A stretch of 64,000 nucleotides of DNA from Phoronis australis (GCA_002633005.1 NMRA01000015.1:689748-753747), one strand, 5' to 3'. Shown: positions 32,953-46,900, counted from the first letter of the stretch. The notes: generated from the letters alone by a model not told the origin. Program-made: numbers and translations.

Positions 32953-35748
32953 GTTCTTTATTTTACATTTGAAGAGTTGCCCTGTAGATTCTATTTGGGC
33001 TTAATGTTATTTTAATTTTACACAGTTCTATACATTTGACTATTGGTTTTGCAAGGACTTGCCCATCTATTATAACAAGGTATACATCTCTTGAAATTAT
33101 TTTTTTATGGAAGGAATAACTGAGATGAAGTTGCGTCATTACTGTTTTTGTGAAATAAGTAAGCAAATATCTAGTTTTTGTTTTTTATCATGTCAAATTG
33201 TAACGCAAATTTCATACTGATTAATGTCTTGTTTGTTGAGTTATTCATGAATCCAACACATTTACTAGTGTTCAGTCGGCTTTTTAATACTTTTTGAGTA
33301 AAATCATTCTCGTTTGCCAAAACTTTTTTGCTGCCCGCAACTACTTAGGTGACTCACTGACATTTAACCTGGTACCATTTGGCAGCTTTGAGCTGTCAGT
33401 ATCATGCTATGAACTCAAGCCAGACATTTTGATAACGCTGGAAAAATATCACCAGTATTAGCCTACATAACTTGAGTAAATAGAAAATTGATCAAGGTTA
33501 CTGTCCTGCATGCAATTGATACGGAGTACAAGGAGATCAGATGAGTTGGGAGTGGATGCTTTTTTAACTCGGAGCTTGCAACGTTTTGTAGATTGGTTTC
33601 AACTGGGGACAAACTGAGGATATGTACATATTGGGCTTGATGAAGTGAGGAGAGTTTGAGTGTGATGTGTGTACTCAATGCTGTATTTGCTGTGTTGACA
33701 GTATGGATAAATTAGAAGGTAAGTTTACATAGATTCTTTCTTGTAAACTTTGTGACAAATGATCTAGTCCTTGATCTCAGTTTCTTACGTAGAATCATCG
33801 TTTTTGCGAAACTGACTGGATTCTGGTGAATAACAAAATGGATCATTGAATCTTTAAAAAAAAATTGTTTTGTGTCTTTGCAAGCGTTGGTAATTTAGTA
33901 AACTTGACTGACAAAGTCTGGCATGTCTGTTTATCAAAGTTAACTTGTCACCAGGATTCCATTTAGTGTTTCCATTTTTATTCTTTTTCATTAACTTTGC
34001 TTGCTGACTGCATCAATGGCTCTTGGTTTTCTTATCATATCAATTGAAGATTACCAAGAATATGTGCAGGACTGGTATTTCCGTGTTGTGTCTTGTCACC
34101 TGCAATTTTAAGGTATAATTGTTTTCTAGACTGGATTGCTCAATTGGTACAAAGTACTCATGACCCAGTTACAATTCTTGTTGAAAGTTTTTAATCACAT
34201 TATTGACCACATTGTTGACACTGAGACATTTATCTTGTTTGCTTACAAGTGATATTGTCTGTAAAAGGTTGTGTAATTGTTGTAAAATTGATACTGTTTT
34301 TCTGATGACCATGGACACAGTTTAGAATACAATGTTCTCCACAATCCCGTCACAGTAACGAATTCGTATTTTTCTATGAGGAAGTTGTCACACCTGCGCA
34401 AAGTGTGAAAAATAATTCAACTAGTTAACTCATTGAAAGTGAGTCCTTTTTTCAGCAAAACTTGAGTTTTTAGATGCTTGTAAGTTACAGTTCATTGCAC
34501 TGATCCAATCCTTACCTTCACAGTGTGGTCATGGGCATTCCAACATGTTCATGAATTGTGTTATACTCACGTAGTTTTAATTGTCTACCGTGAAGAATGA
34601 TGAATATGGTAATAGTAAAAAATAAGAACCTGATTTAAAAAAAACCTATTGAGAGTAAATGAAGTGAAGCGAATGTTACCATTTGTAAAATGTTTTGAAA
34701 ACCAATTTAAACACAATTAAACATTTTAAACGATGCTAATATGAGTGATATAATTGACAACTAGTTGGACAACACAAAACTGAGACACATTGTTTCACTA
34801 TATGTGCACAAAAGGCTTGAAAATGACATATGAGAAGGCTTGGTATTGTAAGGTGTTAACTTACTTAATCACCTGATCAACATGTGTTACAAATTCTCAG
34901 GTCTTCTCCTTGAGCCTCACTGTATAGTTGTGTGAGGTCTGTCCAGGGCAATACCACAAACCATTAGCTGCCATTGTAAACACCAGCCAAAACATTCCCC
35001 ACCATGGAATTACATAATTTGCTTCCCTCATGTTTTCATAACTGATCCATTATGTGGCATGCAACAAACACTATTCACTACTGTTCATGGATCAGCCATC
35101 CATCATGGAGATCCTTAGATAGATATGGACCTATGGAATGATTGACAGGTAGTTAGTTTATTCAATGGTTACATAACAGATAAACACAATAAGCTTTGTT
35201 TGTGTGAAATTCATAAATTTAACATCAAGGAATACAAGGTTGCATTTAATGTTTTGATCAATGACTTGCATGAGAACCATCTTCTTATGACTACAGTGCT
35301 AACATCTGGTGGAGTCTTCACCTGTTCCCACACAATATAGGGAAAAGTGAAATTGAGGTTGTCAAATTTCTCAAAATAAAGACGAATGGACTTTTTAGTC
35401 TTTCTTAGCTTGGTTTGCACTGTGTAGATGTCACTAAACAACATTTGGTATTGTTTCCTTTATGAGCTGTCATGCAGCTTTTGAAAATTAAAAAAATGTA
35501 ATTTTGGTAGTTGTTTGAACTGTAAATATTGCTGTTACAAAAGTGCCACGTGTGTGCGTGCGTGTGCATGCGTGCGTGTGTGCGTGCGTGTGCTGAACAA
35601 AAAAGAAAGAATGCATCAAGAACAGTGCAATGTCAGGATCGGGCAATGGCTGTTTTCCAATGCATTGGGGACATGGTGAAATACGCATTGGCACTAGATG
35701 GCGATGGAGTAGATGTTGGACATCTGTCTGCAGTCTTGAATGAATTAA

Positions 35749-36706
35749 AGTGTACACAACATGACTCTAGTACCTCAAAATAAATTTTATTATTATATCT
35801 TACTTGATTTCAGTGCCTTTAGTGCACAGCTCATAAAGAAACACGCAAAAATTGAAAAAAATAATAATTATGTACAACGTCATGGGTTGAACCCAAGTCG
35901 TTCGCCATACCGTTCGGATCAGAGACAAAGTGTATAGAGTGAAGAGAATGCAAAGTACATTTAGCGTCGAGAAGGTTCGTAGAGGGATCAAAAGATGTAT
36001 TTCCGGAGGCTGCAGCAACAGCAGCCTGGCGGAAAACGTCTCGGTGTTCCGAAGGACACCAAAGTTGCGCAGAAGTGGCATGACTTCGTGCGCCGAACAA
36101 GAGTGTGGGACGTCATCGTGGACCAAGCGATTCGGTCCGGGGCCACTCTGTGTTCTGCCCACTTTGAGGACTCGTGTTTCGACTCCAGTCACAGGAGACG
36201 ATGAAGGCCTGGTTCAATAAAGGACAATATTTATCATTCAGAAACATCAGCTCTTAATTCAGGATCGTCTGTTGGATGACTGGGTTGACTCGCCGAGCCC
36301 GAGGCCGCTTCTCTCGCGGGAGGATCCAGTTCATAAGGCTCAAAGTAGAAAAGTACGCAGCCGGAAGCACATTAAACTTGTTCTCGCTTTCGTGCAACCC
36401 CATTTCCTCATCCTGGCCACCATTCTCATACGTTTCTTCATAGTATTCGTTCAATTCTTGCTCATAATCGTCGTCACTTTCAAATTCCCTGGTCTCCGCC
36501 ATTGTTCAATGCTAGTCACTGATCTCTTGTGTTCAACCCATGACGTCACATGGCGGGAAATGTGAAAATTGGCAAAATTGAAAGAAAAATCAAAATTTTG
36601 AGCTAATTACACAAAATAAACATAGGTTTAGCTAAATTTTACGTCATACATTTAGTCTGTGGCCACCGGTAATTCAAAATGCGCAAAAATCCATGGTGTG
36701 TACTGT
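35749..36706. mobile_element. Internally deleted Kolobok DNA transposon with a THAP-domain remnant (+) and a convergent acidic KolX-like ORF start (-)
   Basis: TTAA on both sides (35745..35748, 36707..36710); imperfect TIR AGTGTACACAACATG / CATGGTGTGTACTGT. The + strand gives KRCISGGCSN..(frameshift)..PKDTKVAQKWHDFVRRTR...LCSAHFEDSCF, a C2CH THAP signature. CpG-rich relative to flanks. Confidence 0.8.
35990..36185 (+). pseudogene. Frameshifted THAP zinc-finger coding remnant (transposon-derived)
   Basis: C-x4-C in ORF 35930..36220 and P...W...C-S-x-H-F in ORF 35995..36204, i.e. split across two frames. Confidence 0.8.
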
Positions 36707-39700
36707 TTAAATAAATGGGATATTTCCATAGTTTTTGTAATCAAGTTTTTGTCAGCATTATGCCATCAAATTGTTAGTGCTGTGTAATAGATTAGTCACA
36801 TACAAGTGTACAGCGTTGCAAGCGAAAGATGATTTTGTGCTGTCACATGGCTAAAGAGTTGTATTTAGAGTATTTCCTGCTCAAGTGACCCCTCAAGCCT
36901 GCTTAGTGTTGAAAACTGTCATGTAGGTATGTCTTGAGTTTCATTACTGATAGCTCAGTAGTAGTCGCTTAGAAGGGCAAAGGGATTTGGCATTTTTAGA
37001 ACCAGTTTTCCCCACAAAGTAATGGACATCAAACTGGTTCTCAAAATTCAAGACCCATGTAGTCCCTATAGCTACTGGAGGGTCACTTAGAGGGACTGTC
37101 ACTGTATTTTGATTGTATGGTATTACATTATCCAGTGCCTTGTATAGGTATAAGTGCTGGGTGTCTTGTATTGTGAGGCCAACAGCTTTAGGTTCAGTTA
37201 ACAGTTCATGCAGTGGTTTTTGTGGTCTAGCCTCTATTGTGGATGTATTGATATTGCTATTGTCCTGTGAATGTAGGTGCAGTTTAGAATTCTCATTGAG
37301 GACATGTTTCAGCTAATGCCACTTTGAAAGGTGATTTATTAAAGGTGTACTTTGCCGGATATGGCTAAAAGTCTAATCATGTCCTTTGCTCCCATCAAAT
37401 CTGTAATGAGTAATCCATTCCCTTACTAACAAGAACATCAAAACCATTATTGGCTCGACAAAATGTTTCAGTTTGAGAGGTTGTTGGGTTAGCCAACCTT
37501 ATCACAGGTGAAGTTGAATGTGGCGTATGAATACATTTCCTGGGATTCGAGTTGGTTATGGAAAAGGAATCCTAGCATGGTGAAGAATATTATGAGACTG
37601 GTGTTACGATAGTTACAGGCCTCGTTAGATTTTCATTTAAGCTAGTTAAGCAGTGCAGAGTGCAACTTTAACCAAGCACACATTAAACCTCTCCATGGTA
37701 ATGAATGATCTCATGCCTACTAAATGTACCATCCAGGGTATTGACAAGACAAGAGACTGAGCATTGAAAGCCATCAACTTTATCTACTCAAGTACAAGTT
37801 AATCTGGCGGCTTTATGTTCTTTAGGTTTTGGTTGCCTGTATGTAAGAAGTCACCCTTTAAAGTTTTTCGTTTGAAAAGGCGTTTTTTGTTCACCACATG
37901 ATAAAATCTGGGGCTTATTTTATCAAAGGTCGCAAGTCCAGTCTTAGCCGAGGCAATTGTTATTTGGATTTTAGTTTACTCGCAGTCCATTAACTTGGCT
38001 GGTGAAGGCAGTCACTTAGCCTGAATATGAGAAATTATCAACTTTTATGTTACAACTTTTTGGTCTTATAAAAAACGCAGCATCGTGTTTGCAGTCTACA
38101 TTCAGTGCATGTGCCTATATGTGAACATTTGTGTGAAATCATTTATAGGGACACACCCCATTTATTTTTTGAAAAGTTTTAAACTCTCAGTTTTGTTTTC
38201 CCGTTGAAAAAATGTTGGCATTTTCTCCGGTTTTATTGGGAGGGTTAATTAAATGGTAAAATATTTCTTTTAATTTCTTTCCAAATTTTGTATACTATTC
38301 AAACCGAGATCTATCAATAATGTTTGTTCAGCATAACAAAAACAGTTTCAGATGTGTTTCTCCCTGTTTAGCTGGCTAAAAAAATCCAAACTAAATCCGG
38401 CCTTTTGTTCTCTTTGTCGAAATCGGACACAGTCTTCAGATGTGCTATGAGATCAAGACTGAAATAAGCTGGCTTGCATTAAATTCAGTTATAAAGCATC
38501 TTTATCCCTTTGCAATTGAAATCCCAAATAAATATCAGATTTGTTGTTTCAAAACATTTTGTTTACCTGATTTCTCGACAAGCAAAGATTTCATGGTTTT
38601 ACTGACATCTAGATAACATTTAACACTGCCAGAAAAAGCGTAAGAATTCACTTGTATCTCAAATTCCATACGTTTGTTGGCGTCAGTAAACTGACTGACA
38701 TGAAAGTCTCACCTGCTTATAGTTGTTTGATTGTGATCTTGACAGGTGTGAATGTTGGGGTTAACAACTGTGTTTCTCATCATGGCACAGCTCTCTGACA
38801 TAGATTATTTGTTTACTTCCAAGGTATGAAAACTTCAAAAATAGTTATGAATGCAAACTCAATGAGTTTAATTACACTCAAAGCACAGGCTACCCATTAT
38901 GGCTCTAAACATCATTGTGCTGCGGTTATGATAAACGTTTTTCACTTAAGTACAAAAGTAAGTGAGCATTAAGTTGCCCAGTTTTCTTTCTACGTCAGTT
39001 TGCTTCAGTGTTCTTTAGACATGCCTTCCGTAGACATTACAGTTTCTTGTATGACCACGCTAGCGTTACTGAGTTGAAATCTATAGTTACTGTTTTGTAG
39101 GTATTTGGCTCAATGCACAATTATTTGTCAGTAAGGTCCTTCATTACCTTAAAAATGACATTTTGGCTATCTCTTGAGTGCACATCACACTGATTGTCCA
39201 AAACAACTAAATCTTCCACAAATGGAGGTCATCTTATGAAATTATCTGAGTCCAATTTATGAAAACTGCCATCAGTTGCCATCACTCAACAGGTATTAAA
39301 ACAAGGTCAGTTATATAATTCCATCATTTTCTTGCTTGGCTCCCCTCCTATTCTGCTGTAGGTCAGAGCCTTAATTTCAACTTGTGTTTCCAGGGATTTG
39401 AGGTCAGCTGAGTGTTTGATGCTGGTAGCGTTTTTTATAGTAGAGGAGATCTTTTGTAGTTCCTCACCTCAGCATGTTCTATTGTGACTAATACTGTAAG
39501 GCAAAGTAGTCTTGATGATAGTGTAGTCTATTGATTTTGACCCATGCGATACAATAGGAAAGCCAAGACTGCTGAATGGCTTATTGGACTATTGAAAAAT
39601 GGCTGTAGACACCAACTTGTACCACTGTAAGTTACACAGTCTGAATCCTTACAGCTGACTGCCACATTAGCAACCTTAGTGTTAACAACTGCACACTTGG

Positions 39701-40223
39701 GCTGCTGCCCACAAAAGCCCTTACATTAAGGAAATATATAATCAGGGGGTGGGGTTTAAACTGAGCATGGGCATAACTGCATTTCTTCATTTTTAGCGGG
39801 CTAAAAATTGAAAATCGAATTTTGGTTTTCATTCTCATAAAATCAGTTTCCTAATATTCCTTACCATGATAGGATTCTATTTCCATTACCAATAAGAATA
39901 TCCAAACCGTCACCGACTCAAGAAAGTACTTAGAGTTTGTTGGGGTTAGCCGACCCTAAAATTGTGAACTTGAAAGGGGTGCATGTATGCATTGCGTGTG
40001 ACTTGAATTTGTAATGTAAATGGAATCCTAGCGCAGTAAGGAGTGTTATTCCGATTTATTAGAGTAAAAGGTCCAACTTGATTTTTGTTGTTTATCCAGC
40101 CATACAGAGTGAAATATTGCTTTGAAATGAAAAGGAGGGTCTGGGCGCTGAATGTTCCATCAGAGTAATGCCCAGAGAGCTTAACATAGATTGAACTTCA
40201 TGTACAAGAGCCAAGTAAAACAT

Positions 40224-41020
40224 CAGACATTATAGTAAACATTACACTGTACATAATGAGCTGGCCGTGATGACATTATAGTAAACATTACACATACACA
40301 AGGAGCTGGTCGTGCAGACATTATAGTAAACATTATACATACATGATGAGCTGGCCATGCAGACATTATAGTAAACATTACACTTTAATAATGAGGTGGT
40401 TGTGCAGACATAGTAGTAAACATTACACATAATAATGAGGTGGCTGTGCAGACATTTTAGTAAACATTACACATACATAATGAGCTGGCCGTGCAGACAT
40501 AGTAAACATTACACATACATTATGAGCTGGCCATGCAGACATTATAGTAAACATTACACATACATGATGAGCTAGCCGTGCAGACATTATAGTAAACATT
40601 ACACATACATAATGAGCTGGCTGTGCAGACATTATAGTAAACATTACACATAGATAATGAGCTGGCCGTGCAGACATTATAGTAAACATTACACATACAT
40701 AATGAGCTGGCCGTGCAGACATTATAGTAAACATTACACATACACAATGAGCTGGCCGTGCAGACATTATAGTAAACATTACACATAGATAATGAGCTGG
40801 CCGTGCAGACATAGTAAACGTTATACATACATAATGAGCTGGCCGTGCAGACATTATAGTAAACATTACACATACACAATGAGCTGGCCCTGCAGACATT
40901 ATAGTAAACATTATACATAATGAGCTGGCCGTGCAGACATAGTAAACATTATACGTACACAATGAGCTGGCCGTGCAGACATTATAGTAAACATTACAGG
41001 TACATAATGAGCTGGCTGTG
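40224..41020. repeat. Minisatellite, about 45-bp unit CAGACATTATAGTAAACATTACACATACATAATGAGCTGGCCGTG, about 18 copies with shorter variants
   Basis: Directly visible; source of the repetitive - strand ORFs at 40242..40962. Confidence 0.96.
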
Positions 41021-43262
41021 CGCTGCCCACGCTGTCATATTTTTACACACAAGTATGATAAAATGAGATAAATTTATAAAGCTCATAGAATTCTATAATG
41101 TTAGAATGCTTGAGAGCCAAAAGAAACATTTCATTTCTGCTTCATTATTGTTTATAAAGAGTATGAGTATTTTCCCACCTAAATAACGTAAGGTTGCATT
41201 TAAATTGATGACTAATCTAAGGTAAGCTTTTTGCATACTTTTTAAGAGCTTAACTTGCGATCAGACGGGCCGTGTACAGGCTGTTCCAAGGAAGTGATCA
41301 GATAGGCGTATATGAACTGTTCCATCCTCGTGTACATTGGGCATGGGCGGTAAACTGAGCAGGAACTCTTAAAAGTGGAAATTTGGAAATTTCGGGTTTG
41401 GCCGTTAAATGAGCATGGGTGTTAACGTGGGTGTGGTGGGTGAATGCATGTTTCATTAAATATACATGTTGCTATGTACCTGTTGCTATGTACCCGTGGT
41501 TGAGACACATTGGACTTTTATATTGAAGGTTTGGCATAGGCAAATTGCTGATGAAACACCACAGTAGAAGCAAGTTGTGTATTCTTGTCACGTTTTGTGT
41601 TTTGAAACTGGTGATTGCTAGATATGTGATTTTTTGTGTAGTGAATAGTTTTTTTGTTTGTGTAATAATTGCCAGTTACAAGTAAGAATTCTGTGCCAAG
41701 TTTGTGAAGAAAAGAATGAATGACTGGTTTACAAATATTGTGACTGTGCTGAAAGTTATTCATTCACTGTCCTCTTTCATGTTTGGCGTGGAACACCAAA
41801 GATTTGAACCATATCAATGGCATGCAGACAAGCAACAGCTCTGAACACATATTTCTACTTTATTGGGGGATTGCTTTAATTGCCTTTATAAATAACCTTG
41901 ATTGCTGGTATCAACCAAGTGACGGAACATTCTGTTGTTTTTACCCCAGCCGAGTCCGCATTTATGATTTTACCATCCTTCTTGAGAAGGTCGAGGCAAT
42001 GTAATTTGTGTACTAAAAACGATAACTGTAATTCTTGTAATATTTCTGATAAGATTTCGATGACTTTGGAAAGCTCTACATTCCTTCTCAATGCTACAGG
42101 AGGTGGCACTAAATAACATTTGGCTATTCTGATTTGTTGTGAAGTATCTTTCACACATTCTGATTGGTTGATGGTGGGTAGTAAACTGCTCCACCTGTTG
42201 AGAAAGTTCATTACGGCCTGCGGCTGCTGCAATTACAGGAAAACACTAAATCAATGCATTCCACATTCAGTTCAAGTTCATGTTTTGTGACATATCCAAA
42301 TAAAACTGCAAACGGATTTGCTGTACCTATTTGGCTCATTTCTTGTCCACATGTTTACGACCAACATCCAAACTTAGGCATGTGTACTGACGCACACACT
42401 GATGCCAATCGTGGAGTTCTGTATCGGCTATTATCCTTTCACTAGGGCCACTCTTCTCCAGAGGTGGCGCTCAGTGACGGGTACACACATCAAACCGCTC
42501 TTCATATTTAGCTCACAATATGGCGAATGTGTAAAATTTAAGTTTGTCAAATTTCTCAACAAAAATTAAGGTTGAGAAAAACTTTACTTGATCATGGGTA
42601 CGTTTTAACTGATTTGAAAAGTCAATGAAATGTAATTTTGGTAAATTTTGCATATTTTATGTAGCCAAATTTTGAAAATGGAAAATTGCAATTTTCAAAA
42701 ATTGAAGAGAAATTACCTTGGTGAACTTGAGTGATTTATTTTCATGTGATTGGCTGGTGACATTTGTCCCATCCCCCATGGGAGAAGGACTTATCTTCGA
42801 TTACTCTAGCTGTTGTATTTGGTTGAAACATCAAAATACTAATTCAGTGCCAAACTTGTCTGAATATACTATGTTTGAAAACAACGGGACTTGAGGGTTG
42901 TTTTTTCTATTTTTTCTAGTTGCCTTGGGTGATAAAATTGCCTTGTGACTTGTTTTGACACAGTTATAAAAACAAAGTCAGAAAAACTTGTTTTCAAAGT
43001 TAGCATGGTTTGGACTGAACATCTGTCATAAAACAAAACTTTGGTAAAACGTTGAGCAAAGAAAAATTGTTATTTTAACAATTTCTATTGTGCTAAATTG
43101 AAGATGATTGTGGTACCCATTGCAGTTTAACATTTGATTCTTGGTGTTGATTTTATTTTTAAAACCTATATTATGTATTTTTGTGTTGGACAAAATTTGT
43201 ATTCTTTTTGGACACTGCGGTTCTCATTGTCTTGTAAAATACTTAGCAATACATGACCAAGC

Positions 43263-43952
43263 TATGAAGTGCCAAAGGGTTCCTTGAGTACTTTTTTGCA
43301 TGTTGAAATGTGCTTAATAAACGCTAAGTTTTGCTTAATCTACGTGTAGTTTTGCTTACTTAACGCGTAGTTTTGCTTAATCAACGCCTAGTTTTGCTTA
43401 ATCAATGCATGGTTTTGTTTAATCAACACGTAGTTTTGCTTAATCAACGCGTTGAATTAATTTTTAAACGATCATAGTTCTGCTCTTATTCAACAAACAC
43501 TTTTGCTTAATCAACGCATAGTAACGTGGTGAATTAATTATTTGTTATGTCCAATCAAAGACAAGTTTACATTCAGTACGCGACAACGCTATCATTTACG
43601 TGGTCACTTGGCAAGAATCTGCAACATTCTTCAAAAGCTGCCTTGAACCCATGTTGAAAGTCTTCCGCTATTTTGAAATTTGAGAGCACAGGCGTGATTG
43701 GCCTTCATAAAATGATTAAAAGTAGGCATTGAATAAGCAATAGTGCGCATTAAGTAAAGCTTTGCATTGATTAAGCGAAAGTGCGTGTTGAGTAAGAGAA
43801 CAAGTATTGTTTTTGAACTATTTCAGCCCGTTGATTTTAGCAAAACTAGGCGTTGATTAAGCAAAGCTACGCGTTGATTAAGCAAAACTGCGCATTAAGC
43901 ACATTTCAACGCGCAGGAAGGCACTCGTTTAATAACTCTTTGGGGCTTCATA
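43263..43952. mobile_element. Foldback-type MITE with TIRs and 21-bp subterminal tandem repeats
   Basis: TIR TATGAAGTGCCAAAGGGTT / AACTCTTTGGGGCTTCATA, then gttgaaatgtgcttaat / attaagcacatttcaac; units tagttttgcttaatcaacgcg on the left and their reverse complement on the right. Confidence 0.8.
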
Positions 43953-46900
43953 CCAAACAGGCTTCCCTGTGTGTTGATCTGGTGGAGCATTGAACTATGG
44001 AGCAATTCAATGAAGTTGATATGTACTCGGACTGTCTCATTTTTATACCATGGCAGCAAAATGTGCGACAGCTAGAACCACTGCATTACAGGCGAAAACG
44101 TTGCGTATTTTCATGTCCAATATGGATTCAAATCGCGACCTGACTTCGGTCGCAGACCGATGCTTTCCATGTAGAAGTGAAAGTCGGTGTTAATTCTAAC
44201 CAATGGCAAGAATCCAATGTCTGAGGAATCGGTGATTTACAAATTAAAGTACAATAGGTTTTGCTGTTTTATTGATTTGAGAGATTTATATTCATGTGAT
44301 TGGTTGCGAGCTTGAAATCGAACTTGTAAATAGTTTTCTCATTTTCCATTCCACTTTGATGTTAAGTCCAGATTAGTGTCCATGATGAATTACATAGATG
44401 AGTGTCTGCGTGATCCATGCTCTCGCGTGATGTCTCAGAGATTCGAGCTGAAATCTAGAGATACCTGAGCACGAAATAATTGACATTTTCTTGAGTTTTG
44501 GTCAACTGTTTCCTGTACACAAAATGTACCATTCACAAACTGGCTTAACATATTGCATTTTTCTCTAGCACTTTCACTAGCAGCAAAAACGCCAGTCATG
44601 CGAAACATTGCAAGGGTCACTTTTTCTGGCAATTTGCTGGTGGTTTGAGTTACCCCAAAACTGCTGGTGATTTTGCAAACACTTTAGTCAGACAGGCTGC
44701 TAATACACCTGCACACACCAGTACAGGTCTTTGTTTATTGTAATCATCACAGTAAGGAAACATGCTTTGACATCAATTTAAAAGTTATTTGAGTGGTGAA
44801 GAAACAAACAAACTATTGACTAAAATAACTACAAAACACTGGTTAAAATGATATCAACTTTTACCAGTGGGGGAAAACTGAGCACTTTCACCACTCATAT
44901 GAACTGAGTGTAAGAAGTCTAAAAAGTCTATCCTTCCTTTTATACACTGACTACTGTTAACCTGAGCCTTCAGTTGTATTTAGTCTGCTAATTAAGACTT
45001 TTATCAAGTGTGTCAGATGAGCCAATAGCCTGAGAGTCCCCATGAGCATCAGAAACAAAATAATAGTATATCTTTCAACATAGAGGCTAGACACTAAGCC
45101 AAAACTTGCCAAATGTGACCTGGTGAAAGTCCCAGGTCGCCATGTGGGAAATGAGGTCGCCAAAACATTAGGAAGCCCCTTACTGGGGGTTGTGAAAGTA
45201 CTGGCCTCTGCAAATTATGCATTGTTGGAAAGAGACAAAAATGAAATAAACGAAATAATTGAAGTGAAATAAAACGGCATACTTGGAAAATGTCTAGCGG
45301 TGTACCTGACATTGCTCAGTCGTTTTTTTTCTTTAGTAGAACAGAATTTAATATTTGCCATAGCAACCAATTTCCATCTCTAGAACACTTTGGGCATTTT
45401 CACCTCCTCAGTGTGTGGCAACTTCATGGCAACCTGGAATTGTCACAGAATGTTTGTAGATTACGGTTATGCAGCACCCTCGAATAATTCAAAAATTAGC
45501 AAATTTCAGAACAACAGCTCTACATATTACAATTCATTTCATTTAATGAAGCTTAAGTCTTGTCAAGAATTTAAAATTGATTCACTGAAGCCAAAGTCAC
45601 TTTTGTTAGGCTTGAGTGTTTTATGCCTGTTCATTAGAATGCACAGCTGCTATTCCTGAGCAGATTAGTCTGGCTGTGGTATTTTTAAAACCCAATTTTC
45701 TTGTCTTGTTGATAAAAGTTGATTTCTTTCGAAGTTGCTAATTGAAAATTGCACTGCAAGAAATTTGTTTGCTTATTTTGGAAAAGATAGGTTTTTGAGT
45801 TTGTTGATCTGTTAAGTTGTTGGCAGCGATTAGGGTTCAAGACTCTGGTTTGGTGATATGAGCCGCAAGTTGTTCAGTTGACCTGCATTGATGTACAGTA
45901 TTTAGTTGAATAGTGCTTTGTATAATTGATGTGCTGACATGGATGTGCCAACAAGATGTAATAGGATCCTTCTCTTTGACAGTTCATTATCACCATCTTT
46001 GACTGATTTATAGTTGATGAGATGTAATTAAAACTATCAAAGTGGACACAGATCACAAGTTAAACAGCTGACAAAAACCCCATGCTTCAGTGGTGATATA
46101 GCAGGTTAAAGCATAGTTTTATGTGTTTCAACCTCTACTGATTGACTCTCTCGTGAACTACAGTATAACTCAAGTTACAGAAAAAAATATCCTGCATAAA
46201 TGTGTGGATATTACCCAGTTAAACAGAATTTTAAAGCCAATCGAGACGTGGGTTTTGTTTTCATAACTTAATTTTCAGTAAGACTGAACTATTAATTGAC
46301 AGTGTTCATTGTACTGCCAGTGTTTATTGCACTGAACACAGGACGCTTGAAGATCTCGGGTTGGCTGGAAGTTAATTTACGTTCTCTAATGAAAGATGGT
46401 GTGATAATGAAGCCCAAAAGCCCTCTACTTTTTGTCTATAAATCGAATATAAGCTTCACATTTATCTTGCTATAATATGTCATTAAAAGATCTGTCACTT
46501 AGCATTATATCTTGTTGCTGGTGACAGGCTATATGTCTGTTAATGTTCCATTTACCATCAACAGTTTCCTGGATTACTTATATTGGCACATTAATTTTAC
46601 TATGTTATCGCCAGGAAATCCTGTGCGGTTAACTGGAAAAATCATCCATCCAGTTTTACAGTGTTCATGACATGCTTAACTTATGTGGTTCACATGACTT
46701 TAACTCATGGATTGTGTTATTACTACTATTAAGCTTGGGGAGGGGGGAAGTTAACATAAGAATGAAGTAGTTTATTAAACCCAAATTGTCACCTATGAAC
46801 TTCATTCCAACCTTATGCACTATGAAATGTTAGAAGTGTTAACTTGTTTTTGTGATTCAATTTTTTTGACCATCACCAAATTAAATGAAAAAAATGGACA

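Noticed and set aside
32691-33015. Cys/His-rich metallothionein-like ORFs
   Set aside because: All three frames give the same permuted peptide from a 17-bp repeat; no splice or codon evidence.
35930-36220. Host THAP-domain transcription factor gene
   Set aside because: The domain is split by a frameshift and lies inside a TTAA-flanked transposon.
40242-40962. Repetitive Cys/Tyr-rich ORFs up to 179 aa
   Set aside because: Produced by the 45-bp minisatellite; different frames are equally open.
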